From assembly GCA_964457085.1 (NCBI GenBank), contig CAYWDM010000004.1, positions 8,131 through 72,130 of the forward strand: DNA of 64,000 nt, given 5' to 3'. Below, piece after piece: positions 39,906-48,603 of the stretch. A program made the position numbers and the translations under genes. The notes under the pieces were generated by a model. It was not told the origin of the DNA. It made no database searches and worked only from the letters and a program-made list of their open reading frames with translations. Position 1 is the stretch's first letter. Each line of letters begins with the position of its first letter. The stretch is from an uncultured Pseudomonadales bacterium. GTDB lineage: Bacteria > Patescibacteriota > Microgenomatia > UBA1400 > PJMF01.

Positions 39906-40262
39906 ATGAAAGAAATTAGTGACCTAGAACTGAGAGCAATGCAGGTGCTTTGGCATCATCAAACCTGCTGCGTGCACATGGTCCACGAAGCACTCTCCGT
40001 AACCAGACCTACTGCCTATACAACAGCTCAAACAATACTGGAACGACTTCATAAAAAAGACTATGTAATAAAACAACATATGGGTAAAAAATCCATATAT
40101 CAACCAAAAATATCCAAGCAACTCTACGCTACTTTTTTAATCAAAAAACTGTTCAGCCAACTGGCAACTGACTTTGATGATGTGTTATTCAAGTCGTTGG
40201 CAAAAGGACTGGAGGCTTTCACCCCTACACAAAAACAAAAGCTAGCTAAATTAATTAAATAA
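39906..40262 (+). CDS. BlaI/MecI/CopY-family winged-helix transcriptional repressor
   Basis: LELRAMQVLW...TAYTTAQTILERLHKKDYV N-terminal wHTH typical of Penicillinase_R proteins; 118 aa. Confidence 0.75.
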   Translation: MKEISDLELRAMQVLWHHQTCCVHMVHEALSVTRPTAYTTAQTILERLHKKDYVIKQHMGKKSIYQPKISKQLYATFLIKKLFSQLATDFDDVLFKSLAKGLEAFTPTQKQKLAKLIK

Positions 40263-40314
40263 TCTCAGCTCTAATAGTTGATAGCTCCTACAAAACGTAG
40301 TATATTTTTGTACT

Positions 40315-40815
40315 ATGGAAGCACAAACTCAACCACCCACACAAACAAATACACAGGGTAACTCATCAAAAACCCTGGCTGTTGGAGCCGCAATCGCAGT
40401 TGTTGCAGTCGGAGCAATCGGTTACAAACTCTTGAGTGAGAAAAATGAGACATCTGAGGAATCATCAGATAAAAATAGAGCATCAACCGAACCAGTAGTC
40501 TCCACTGCACCAGTCAACTACAAAGATGGTGAATACAATGTTGTTGGTAATTACACTTCACCAGCTGGCCCAGAAGAAATTGGTGTCAAAGTAACCCTAA
40601 CAAACAACATTGTCTCTGATGTAGCGGTCACTCCCAAAGCCACACACCCCTTTTCAGTAAAATGGCAAAAAACTTTTTCTGAAAACTACAAATCCATGGT
40701 GGTTGGCAAAGATATCAACTCACTCAAAATACTCGAGGCTGTAGCTGGCTCCTCACTGACCCCAAAGGGATTCAATGATGCAATTGAGAAAATCAAAGCC
40801 TCAGCCAACAATTGA
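40315..40815 (+). CDS. membrane-anchored FMN-binding domain protein (FMN_bind, predicted ApbE substrate)
   Basis: N-terminal TM (LAVGAAIAVVAVGAIGY), then YKDGEY..GPEEIGVKVTLTNNIVSDVAV..AVAGSSLTPKGFNDAIEKI. This is the pattern of RnfG/NqrC/PplA-type FMN-binding domains, including the flavinylation motif position (SGAT-like GSSLT). Confidence 0.55.
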   Translation: MEAQTQPPTQTNTQGNSSKTLAVGAAIAVVAVGAIGYKLLSEKNETSEESSDKNRASTEPVVSTAPVNYKDGEYNVVGNYTSPAGPEEIGVKVTLTNNIVSDVAVTPKATHPFSVKWQKTFSENYKSMVVGKDINSLKILEAVAGSSLTPKGFNDAIEKIKASANN

Positions 40816-41695
40816 TCAATTTGAATCTCAAATCAATCAAATTGAGTTTCAGGCTACTGGAACCCGCTGGAGAATTACGGTGAAAGCAGATATTGCTGAC
40901 TCAAGACTTCTTGAAGTAAAAAATAATATTGTGGCTCTAACAAATGATTTTGAAGAACAGTATTCGAGATTTCGCCCAACATCACTGGTTAGCAAACTAC
41001 AAAACAGCACAGGCAACTTTCTTTTTCCAGACAACTTTACCAAGTTGTGGAAGTTGTACCAAAAACTTTCAGAGCTAAGTGGTGGCCTATTTACTCCATT
41101 TATTGGCTCACTCCTAGTTGAGGCAGGGTATGACCCCAGTTATTCTTTAGAAACCAAACAGCTCAACACTCCACCTGGATGGGATGCTGTTACCTATCAG
41201 CATCCCTATTTGCAAACAAACACCCCAGTAACCCTCGACTTTGGAGCTGCGGGCAAAGGATACCTCGTAGACATCGTTGCTCAGTCGCTGAGTACCATGG
41301 GTCTTACCGATTTTCTAATTGATGCTGGCGGAGATATTAAACAGGTCACCGCAACTGCCAAGCCAGCTGAAATTGGCCTAGAACACCCACTTAACTCCAA
41401 TCAGGTAATTGGGGTGGCACACATTAGCAACCAAAGTCTGTGTGGCTCCTCTGGAAATCGCCGACACTGGAATCAATTTCATCACATTATTAATCCACAC
41501 ACTAAAACCTCCCCAATGAACATACTTGCCACATGGGTGGTCGCTGAAACTGCACTAGAGGCAGATGCATTGGCTACCTGTTTATTTTTTGCACCACCAA
41601 CAACATTTAGCAAAACATTTAATTTTAGTTATGCACTAGTAAATGCGGATCAAAGTCTGAGCTATTCATCAAATTTTCCGGCTACTTTCTTTTAA
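40775..41695 (+). CDS. apbE: FAD:protein FMN transferase (ApbE family)
   Basis: FQATGTRW.ITV start of ApbE fold, DFGAAGKGYLVD (D.G.I.KGY..D), DAGGDI, catalytic His region (NRRHW..HHIINPHT). It overlaps the upstream gene end by ~40 nt, so the true start may be later. Confidence 0.8.
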   Translation: MMQLRKSKPQPTIDQFESQINQIEFQATGTRWRITVKADIADSRLLEVKNNIVALTNDFEEQYSRFRPTSLVSKLQNSTGNFLFPDNFTKLWKLYQKLSELSGGLFTPFIGSLLVEAGYDPSYSLETKQLNTPPGWDAVTYQHPYLQTNTPVTLDFGAAGKGYLVDIVAQSLSTMGLTDFLIDAGGDIKQVTATAKPAEIGLEHPLNSNQVIGVAHISNQSLCGSSGNRRHWNQFHHIINPHTKTSPMNILATWVVAETALEADALATCLFFAPPTTFSKTFNFSYALVNADQSLSYSSNFPATFF

Positions 41696-41817
41696 ATGTG
41701 CTCAGGTCTCTAATAACTGAGCAATCTGGAGTAATCATCTGCCTACTTTTGTCTTTTTGAAAAAAAACCGATTCAGTGATAGAGTGAGGAGTTGTTAGCA
41801 AACAAGAAAAGGACATT

Positions 41818-42549
41818 ATGAAAGGTATTATTTTAGCTGGCGGGCTCGGAACTCGGCTCTATCCCCTCACCCACGTAACCAACAAGCATTTATTACCCGT
41901 GTACAACAAGCCAATGATTTTCTATCCAATAGAAACATTGGTTAACGCTGGAGTTACAGAAATTCTGATCGTCACTAGTGGTCCTCATGTCGGTGACTTC
42001 CTAGGTGTACTCAAAAACGGTAAACAGCTGGGTGTTACTCATCTTGAATATGCCTATCAGGAGAAACCCGATGGAGGCATTGCAGACGCCTTATCACTGG
42101 CCGAAGATTTTGCCGACAGTGAATCAATCGCAGTTATTCTTGGTGACAACACTACTGACGCAGATATTAAGCCTGCAGTTCAAAACTTTACCAGTGGTGC
42201 CACAATTTTCTTAAAAGAAGTTCCTGATCCAAATCGTTTCGGCGTTGCAGCATTTGATCCAGAAAACCCCAAGCAGATCATCAGAATCGATGAAAAACCC
42301 AAAGTGCCTCCTTCAAACTATGCAGTAACCGGTCTGTATTTGTATGATCACACTGTTTTTGATTTTATTCGTCGCTGTGATACTAACTATATTGGTCGAG
42401 GTGAATTGGAAATTACCCAGGTCAACAACTTTTACATCCAAGAGAAAAAATTAGGTTGGGATGAACTTAAAGGTTTCTGGAGTGATGCCGGAACTTTTGA
42501 ATCACTTTTTGTTGCCACGGAATATTGGGCAAAGAAAAATAAAGCCTAA
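41818..42549 (+). CDS. short-form glucose-1-phosphate nucleotidyltransferase (RmlA-like)
   Basis: MKGIILAGGLGTRLYPLT..NKHLLPVYNKPMIFYPIETL signature of G1P thymidylyl/uridylyltransferases. Confidence 0.75.
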   Translation: MKGIILAGGLGTRLYPLTHVTNKHLLPVYNKPMIFYPIETLVNAGVTEILIVTSGPHVGDFLGVLKNGKQLGVTHLEYAYQEKPDGGIADALSLAEDFADSESIAVILGDNTTDADIKPAVQNFTSGATIFLKEVPDPNRFGVAAFDPENPKQIIRIDEKPKVPPSNYAVTGLYLYDHTVFDFIRRCDTNYIGRGELEITQVNNFYIQEKKLGWDELKGFWSDAGTFESLFVATEYWAKKNKA

Positions 42550-42578
42550 TCGCAATTTTTTTGCATCTGTGAAAATAA

Positions 42579-42603
42579 CCCTCGATTAAAATCGGGGGTT
42601 TTT
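42579..42603 (+). terminator. rho-independent terminator after the rmlA-like gene
   Basis: ccctcgat taaa atcggggg ttttt. Confidence 0.5.
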
Positions 42604-42743
42604 GTTTCTGGTAATAATTCCCACAAAATCAAACTAGCTTCATTTTCAAACTATTTTCCGATATACTCCAAGCCATGATATCCACATCCAGTTGTTGTTG
42701 CTTGTTAGATTGCTAAACACTCTTGGAATGAAATAGTAGTTAC

Positions 42744-42766
42744 CCCGTCCAAGAGACGGGTTTTTT
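42744..42766 (+). terminator. second rho-independent terminator (possible attenuator) upstream of the LmbE-like gene
   Basis: cccgtc caaga gacggg tttttt. Confidence 0.5.
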
Positions 42767-42779
42767 GTATGAGGATTCT

Positions 42780-43485
42780 ATGTCAATCGAACCATTACGA
42801 TTATCAAAGTCAATTGATCACGCCACTTTTGTACTAGCTCATCCAGATGATGAGGCCATATTTTTTGCCGCATTGGAGTATCTTTGTCGAAAGTAACGTT
42901 TCGGTTCATGCAATTTATCTGACGCTTGGCGAACTAGGAATCCCTGCAAATTCAATCATTTCCCCATCCGAAATGGGCAAGATACGCACTCAAGAAATTG
43001 AATCTGCTGCTGTGGCCATGAACATTACGCTCTCACTATTGCGATTTCCAGACATGCATCTGCCATTTATTCCTATGCCAGATTTAATTACTGCCACGTT
43101 ACCCATCATTCGAGAACTCAACACTCGAGCCGTATTTTCCTTTCATCCACAGGAGATAACCTCAGAGTTTGATCACCCTGATCACACGGTTGCTGGCCAA
43201 GTTGCCAGACATGTGGGTGCTGCAGCTGATGTAAAGCATTTTTATCCTAATACACCAGCAATGACTTCCCGCCCCGAACTCTATCTCTGGACGACACAAC
43301 AAAAATGTGCAAATAGTACTTTGCCAATCACACCTCAAATTGCATCTCGTAGAGCAAATTATTTGGAGCAACACCATCGATCGCAATTTTCAAATCAAGA
43401 TCGACCTAATTGGGAAAAAATATTTGATTCAATTGCAACACAACCAGACAAAACAAAACAGGAACTATATCAACGCGTCAGGTAG
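42780..43485 (+). pseudogene. PIG-L/LmbE-family N-acetylglucosaminyl deacetylase, disrupted by a frameshift
   Basis: ATG 42780 encodes MSIEPLRLSKSIDHATFVLAHPDDEAIFFAALEYLCRK then stop (42894). The family continues in the +1 frame from ~42847 (SVHAIYLTLGELG...HPDHTVAG). Together these give the full HPDDE...LT.GE.G...HPDH signature. Confidence 0.6.
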
Positions 43486-43490
43486 TTATA

Positions 43491-44399
43491 ATGAGAAGTT
43501 ATCCAACCACCATAATGCAACTTAGCTATTCCTACAGTCCTCGACAGGCAGTTTGGCTCAATCTTGACCCCAAACAATCATTTTTAGAGTTGCTTGACTT
43601 ACCAATCACCCACCTCAGACTATGCACCTATTGGCCAGATATACAGCAAAGTGCTACTGAATTTAATTTTGATGAGTTAACTTGGTATTTACAGCAATGT
43701 GAACGGAAAAATAAAAAAGTGAGTCTGGCTATAGGCTTGAAAACTCCACGATGGCCTGAGTTTCAGTATCCAAATTGGACTGCAAGCTCAATTGTGTCGA
43801 TTGAAGAACCGTTGCTAGTGTACTTAAAAAAACTTGTCAATTCGGTGCGTGATTTTTCTTGCATTGAGAGTTGGCAAATTGAAAATGAACCATTTGACCC
43901 CAGCGGACCACAAAACTCGCTCCTGCCTCAATCGTTATACGATCGTGAAATCCAATTGGTGAGGAGTTTGGACTCCAGAAAGATAATTGGCACCGTTTGG
44001 GGTAATGATTTGCTTCTGAGAGGAGCACTCAAGCAAATTGAACCATTGATAGATGAGATTGGACTTGATTTCTATCCAATGCAATCAACTGCACTACCAA
44101 AACCACTTCCTCAATATCGAGGAATAATCGGTGGCATAGCTCTAATTAAAAGTCACCTATCCAAACTATCTAAGCCATTTTTTATCAGTGAGCTCCAAGC
44201 TGAGCCGTGGGAATCTGATGCAGAAAAATTTCTAGACAAAAATCCCAAAAGTTTTAACCAAAAGACGTTGAAAAAAAATCTTGAGTGGGCAACTCAAATC
44301 ACTGACAATTTAATCAGTCTTTGGGGAATCGAATATTGGCTCTTTGCCAGAAAAAAATATGCTGTTGATTATTTTAAACTTGTGACTGATTTACAGTAG
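43491..44399 (+). CDS. clan GH-A (TIM-barrel) glycoside hydrolase-like protein
   Basis: ESWQIENEPFDP (NEP acid/base motif) and a later ELQAEPWE (candidate nucleophile Glu); 302 aa. Subfamily unknown. Confidence 0.45.
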   Translation: MRSYPTTIMQLSYSYSPRQAVWLNLDPKQSFLELLDLPITHLRLCTYWPDIQQSATEFNFDELTWYLQQCERKNKKVSLAIGLKTPRWPEFQYPNWTASSIVSIEEPLLVYLKKLVNSVRDFSCIESWQIENEPFDPSGPQNSLLPQSLYDREIQLVRSLDSRKIIGTVWGNDLLLRGALKQIEPLIDEIGLDFYPMQSTALPKPLPQYRGIIGGIALIKSHLSKLSKPFFISELQAEPWESDAEKFLDKNPKSFNQKTLKKNLEWATQITDNLISLWGIEYWLFARKKYAVDYFKLVTDLQ

Positions 44400-45233
44400 T
44401 TGCCCATAATCGCCTATAATCACCGCATGGACATCATCAAACAATTTAAAAAAATTGACTCATCTCAACTGCTAGTGGTAAGCGATTTTGATCGCACCTT
44501 AACGCACGCATTCGTAGACGGTAAAGTTACCGCTCTTATTTCAGTGATGGTGCGTGAACATATGTTCGATGCTGACTATGCCAATAAAGCTAAAGCAGCC
44601 TATGAAAAATACCGACCAATTGAAATAGACGAAAGTTTATCGCTTGAATACAGAACTCAGAAAATGCAAGAGTGGTGGGAATACTCGTGTGAAGTACTCA
44701 TCGATAAGGGTTTATCAAAAGATAAGTTACGTACTGCAATTGCTAAAACAAAACACTACTTAAGAAATGGTGCGACAGAGTTTTTAACGAAGCTCTATCA
44801 AAAGAATATTCCCCTAGTCATTCTTTCAGCCGGTGGTCTAGGCAAAGAATCAATTCAGCTATTTCTGGAAACCAATAAGATTTACTTTCCAAATATTGAG
44901 ATTTTTTGCAATGAGTTTGTTTGGAATACAGATGGTGTTGCCACTGATTACATTCGACCATTAATACATGTTTTTAATAAAGATTTTCAACTGATTAAAA
45001 ACTCAAAGTATTATAAGTCAATAGAACACCGTAAAAATATTATTGCCATTGGTGACAACATAAGTGACTTAGACATGGTTAAAAACTGCGAATACAAACA
45101 GTTATTAAAAATTGGTTTTCTCAATGAGAACATAGACAAATTACGCCCAAACTACCAGAAAGCCTTTGATGTGGTAATTGAGAACGATGGTCCGATGAAT
45201 TATCTCTCAGATTTAATCGATCAAATTTCGTAA
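44400..45233 (+). CDS. HAD-superfamily pyrimidine 5'-nucleotidase (cytosolic 5'-nucleotidase III / UMPH-1-like)
   Basis: HAD motif I VVSDFDRTLT, motif III/IV IGDNISD. Strong resemblance to eukaryotic NT5C3 (LIHVFNK identical; KIGFLNEN vs KIGYLNDR; LSAGGLG vs FSAGIGD). Confidence 0.7.
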   Translation: MPIIAYNHRMDIIKQFKKIDSSQLLVVSDFDRTLTHAFVDGKVTALISVMVREHMFDADYANKAKAAYEKYRPIEIDESLSLEYRTQKMQEWWEYSCEVLIDKGLSKDKLRTAIAKTKHYLRNGATEFLTKLYQKNIPLVILSAGGLGKESIQLFLETNKIYFPNIEIFCNEFVWNTDGVATDYIRPLIHVFNKDFQLIKNSKYYKSIEHRKNIIAIGDNISDLDMVKNCEYKQLLKIGFLNENIDKLRPNYQKAFDVVIENDGPMNYLSDLIDQIS

Positions 45234-45239
45234 AGTTTT

Positions 45240-46451
45240 TTAAAACATTTTTTCTGTCAGCGGAAATTCTTGCTGCAATTCGCCAGAATAATAAAACTCA
45301 AATGCTAATCGACCAAAGCTATAGGTAGTGTCGCCAATTGTGACACTCGAACCACCTACTTTTGGATGTGAGTTTGGCTCAGATTGAGCAAATCCAACAT
45401 TAAATAGAGTGCTCACTATTTCAGGCCGATTAGATAAATCATATCCAGCCTTATTCCACTGTGTGAGTAACTGCTTAATGTACAAAGCTCCATACAGATA
45501 GTTCCAACTATGGTCATCATTACTCAAACGATTAAAGCGTTCTTTTTCGACATCAGTGTTAGCTGGGTAATCTAAAACGTGTTCATACTCTTTTCCCAAA
45601 TAATATGGCGACTGTTGATCTTTAAGATGTAATTCAATTTGCTTGCCAGTTTCAGCTTTAATCGACATTACACCCAGTGAAATGTGATACGCATTGGCTA
45701 ATATTTTTAATGGTTCAAAATATTTTTTATATAGTTCACGCTGCGAGAAATATAATCTCAGCTGCTCAACCATCAAACTAGAGACAATGATGCGTGGCGA
45801 GATTTTGGCAACCCTAGCTGCTTTTACGATTTTTTCTTGATCTTTAAGAATCGAGGTTTTTGCGTTTTGCCATTCATTGGTATTTGCCCAGTTAAAAGCA
45901 TCTGGCAAACTGCTGGCTGCACTCGAAGTTGCAATTGCATTTTCAGTAAGTTGTAGCAAGTCATAGTCTTTTTGACAGACAGCTATTTCTGAATCCATAG
46001 ATTCTAGATCTGTAAGTCTTGTTCGGAGTGCAAATAGCATCTGATTCGTCAGTCGCAATGACCCTGACATTTTTTTGGTGTTGATGATTTTTAGAATATT
46101 TTTTGGTGCACGTTTTGAATTTACGGATAACTGGCAAAGTTGGGCAATTTTTTGATTCTTCTTCAAATTAAGTTCTTCAATTTGAGCGGCAATCGATACT
46201 AAATCTCCAGACGGTGAAGCGGAATTAATCACTATGCTTTCCTGTGCAGAGATTGTGGCTGTTAAATCAAGATTACTATTAGACGTCAGATTTTCTGCCT
46301 GCTGAGAAAATACGTCGTTCTCGCTATCAACAGTTCCAGAAACATCTGTTAGCTTGAGATTGACCGCAATAAAAACGCTTGCAAACACAAAACCGATCAC
46401 TGCTAATCCGTGAATTACTATTTGATAACAAATGAACAACAGGCGTTTCAT
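45240..46451 (-). CDS. membrane-anchored hypothetical protein (possible partner of the upstream acyltransferase)
   Basis: N-terminal TM, 403 aa, no recognised catalytic motif; translationally adjacent to the acyltransferase-3 gene. Confidence 0.4.
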   Translation of the reverse strand: MKRLLFICYQIVIHGLAVIGFVFASVFIAVNLKLTDVSGTVDSENDVFSQQAENLTSNSNLDLTATISAQESIVINSASPSGDLVSIAAQIEELNLKKNQKIAQLCQLSVNSKRAPKNILKIINTKKMSGSLRLTNQMLFALRTRLTDLESMDSEIAVCQKDYDLLQLTENAIATSSAASSLPDAFNWANTNEWQNAKTSILKDQEKIVKAARVAKISPRIIVSSLMVEQLRLYFSQRELYKKYFEPLKILANAYHISLGVMSIKAETGKQIELHLKDQQSPYYLGKEYEHVLDYPANTDVEKERFNRLSNDDHSWNYLYGALYIKQLLTQWNKAGYDLSNRPEIVSTLFNVGFAQSEPNSHPKVGGSSVTIGDTTYSFGRLAFEFYYSGELQQEFPLTEKMF

Positions 46452-46460
46452 AATTCAATT

Positions 46461-47561
46461 TCACTCAACTATTTTTTTAGAGACACAAGATATGAGTGTT
46501 TTTTTGAAATATCTCCAACTAAGCAACAACACATAGCATAATACAAATGTCACTACTGCAATGATTAATTCATGAGTTAAGTTTTTTCCCAGATAATACT
46601 GTACCAGTCGTAAAATAATTAGATGCATAAAATAAACATCAAATGAAACTTCACTCATATCAAAAACAAGTTTTGATTGAGTATTTTTGGCAGCTGTAAA
46701 TACTAAACAAAATAATAACACTGTACCTAAGATAACTAATGGATTTGTGTAATCAAGAGTTGCTGTTATGCCGTGTACTGTGAAACCTTTTTCACTTATT
46801 TCTCGATATAAAAGTCGAACTAATATAATTAGAAGCGTTAAGAATGCTGACAGTAACATCCACCAATATTTCACAACAGAAGCTGTCCAGATATTTAGAT
46901 ACATATGTAACCACTCACCAAGTAAAAAATATCCAAAAAAAGATGCATAGTACAAAATAGTACTTTGAGAAACAGCCCAATAATATGTTGACCCTGAAAT
47001 AAAAAGCAGTAATAAGAATGGTCTGGACAACCGATGTCCTCGCAGCATAAGTAGTAACACTGGGGCTGCTAAATAGAGTATATACAACACCTTAATAAAG
47101 TAAAAAATGAAGTCAGGTCCTGCCGTAACCTGATCCAGGTTAAATAGTCCCAAAAAAACCTCGGGTGATTGTTTATACCAAATAATATAGACAATCGACC
47201 AAAATATGGTGGGTAATACTATTTTTTTAATACGGTTAAAAATAAAATCAAAAAAACCATTCCAGCTTGCTGGAATTTTTGAATCTGAAAGCAACAAGAA
47301 GCCACTCAACATCACAAACAGTGGAACCCCAAATGTCGAGACAACTCTAAAGTAGACTAGAAATCCCCAGTCAACATTTGAAGGTGATAAAAATCTACCA
47401 AAGGAAGTTGCATGTAGCAAAATGACTAAAAATGAGGCAACTACACGCAACAAATCGAGTTGGGAAAACCTAGAGTGGTCTCCTTGCTTGTTTTCCGAAC
47501 TATTTATTAGTTGCATGTTATGGTGTACTGTTTGCATGAATCCAAACTGGATTTTTGGCAA
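46461..47561 (-). CDS. acyltransferase family 3 (OatA/WecH-like membrane O-acyltransferase)
   Basis: LDLLRVVASFLVILLHA opening, 10-11 TM helices, conserved R/H positions of the AT3 family. Confidence 0.75.
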   Translation of the reverse strand: MPKIQFGFMQTVHHNMQLINSSENKQGDHSRFSQLDLLRVVASFLVILLHATSFGRFLSPSNVDWGFLVYFRVVSTFGVPLFVMLSGFLLLSDSKIPASWNGFFDFIFNRIKKIVLPTIFWSIVYIIWYKQSPEVFLGLFNLDQVTAGPDFIFYFIKVLYILYLAAPVLLLMLRGHRLSRPFLLLLFISGSTYYWAVSQSTILYYASFFGYFLLGEWLHMYLNIWTASVVKYWWMLLSAFLTLLIILVRLLYREISEKGFTVHGITATLDYTNPLVILGTVLLFCLVFTAAKNTQSKLVFDMSEVSFDVYFMHLIILRLVQYYLGKNLTHELIIAVVTFVLCYVLLLSWRYFKKTLISCVSKKIVE

Positions 47562-48117
47562 TTACCTTGGAATATATTGGGCATTTTGGTTCATGAGCAC
47601 CTGACAGATATCCAGTGCTCATTAAAAACTCGCCTACAATTTCTCCCCCGGTAAATCTAAACTGTTTTTTGAAAAGTATCACCCAATCTTTTTTTGATAA
47701 TTGCTGATGCAAATCAAGCCAATTTTTATAAGATCCAAACTCAGATTGCAACTGCAAAATAACTTGAGCGTTATGTATTGCGGCGGCAATTTTTAAGCGA
47801 TTGCGAATGATTCCTGGATCTCCCAGTAACCTTGCGATATCTTCTGTACCATACCCTGCTACTGTTTTCACATCAAAATTAGAATATGCAGTCCTAAAAT
47901 GGCTTTTCTTCTTTAAAATTGTAGTCCAACTTAAGCCAGCTTGGTTGATTTCTAAAATCAAACGCTCAAATAAGTCATTGTCATCTGCTATTGGAAAACC
48001 ATATTCACAATCATGGTACTGACGATGTACATCAGTCTGTTGTAGCTTCAAAACTGCACTGCAATATGTGTCCGACATAAAATGTAGGTAAATATGATGA
48101 CAGCAGCATATCATCAA
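47518..48117 (-). CDS. tag: DNA-3-methyladenine glycosylase I
   Basis: YHDCEYGFPIADDNDLFERLILEINQAGLSWTTILKKKSHFR matches the Tag HhH-GPD signature. Confidence 0.8.
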   Translation of the reverse strand: MMICCCHHIYLHFMSDTYCSAVLKLQQTDVHRQYHDCEYGFPIADDNDLFERLILEINQAGLSWTTILKKKSHFRTAYSNFDVKTVAGYGTEDIARLLGDPGIIRNRLKIAAAIHNAQVILQLQSEFGSYKNWLDLHQQLSKKDWVILFKKQFRFTGGEIVGEFLMSTGYLSGAHEPKCPIYSKVIAKNPVWIHANSTP

Positions 48118-48160
48118 TTATTTGACAGAATAAACCTACTAATTAACCCATTTAAAACAA

Positions 48161-48197
48161 GAAAGGCCTGGTTCTCACGAACTAGGCCTTTCTCTTT
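48161..48197. terminator. bidirectional hairpin terminator
   Basis: gaaaggcc...ggcctttc stem (8 bp), flanked by a T-run on the plus strand (tctttt) and on the minus strand (cttgtttt); lies 23 nt after the stop of the 48220-48603 minus ORF. Confidence 0.45.
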
Positions 48198-48219
48198 TAC
48201 TCGAAATACAGATTTACTA

Positions 48220-48603
48220 TTACGCGCCCAGGTTCTCCTTGACCCGAGTGGTTTGACTGTCAGGGTGCCCCGTCACCAGGAACTCGAACGCATCGTAAAA
48301 AATGCGTTCCTGGATGGAGACTTTGACGTCATCTCCATCAAGCCTCATGTTAAAGGTGAAGCCGCCGAATTCGCTGCTGGAAGCTTCCAACATTGCAGGA
48401 GTCAAATGCCCATAATTAAACAGGCTCGCGGCGAAATGCCGTTCGATCATGACTGCTTGAATCGTAATCCCAGCCTTTTCAGAGACCTGTCGCTTAATAC
48501 GGCGGTATGCCGCTTCAAGCTCGCCCAGTCTGTCGGAGGTATTCTGGGGCGAAAAATCTTGCCCGTTGAACCTAATCTTGCCATTATCAATCGTGATGTC
48601 CAT
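48220..48603 (-). CDS. hypothetical protein in a GC-rich patch (candidate horizontally acquired gene)
   Basis: 127-aa ORF (MDITIDNGKIRFNGQDF...). The opposite-strand 188-aa ORF is Arg-rich and probably a shadow of the high-GC stretch. A terminator follows this ORF on the minus strand. Confidence 0.4.
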   Translation of the reverse strand: MDITIDNGKIRFNGQDFSPQNTSDRLGELEAAYRRIKRQVSEKAGITIQAVMIERHFAASLFNYGHLTPAMLEASSSEFGGFTFNMRLDGDDVKVSIQERIFYDAFEFLVTGHPDSQTTRVKENLGA

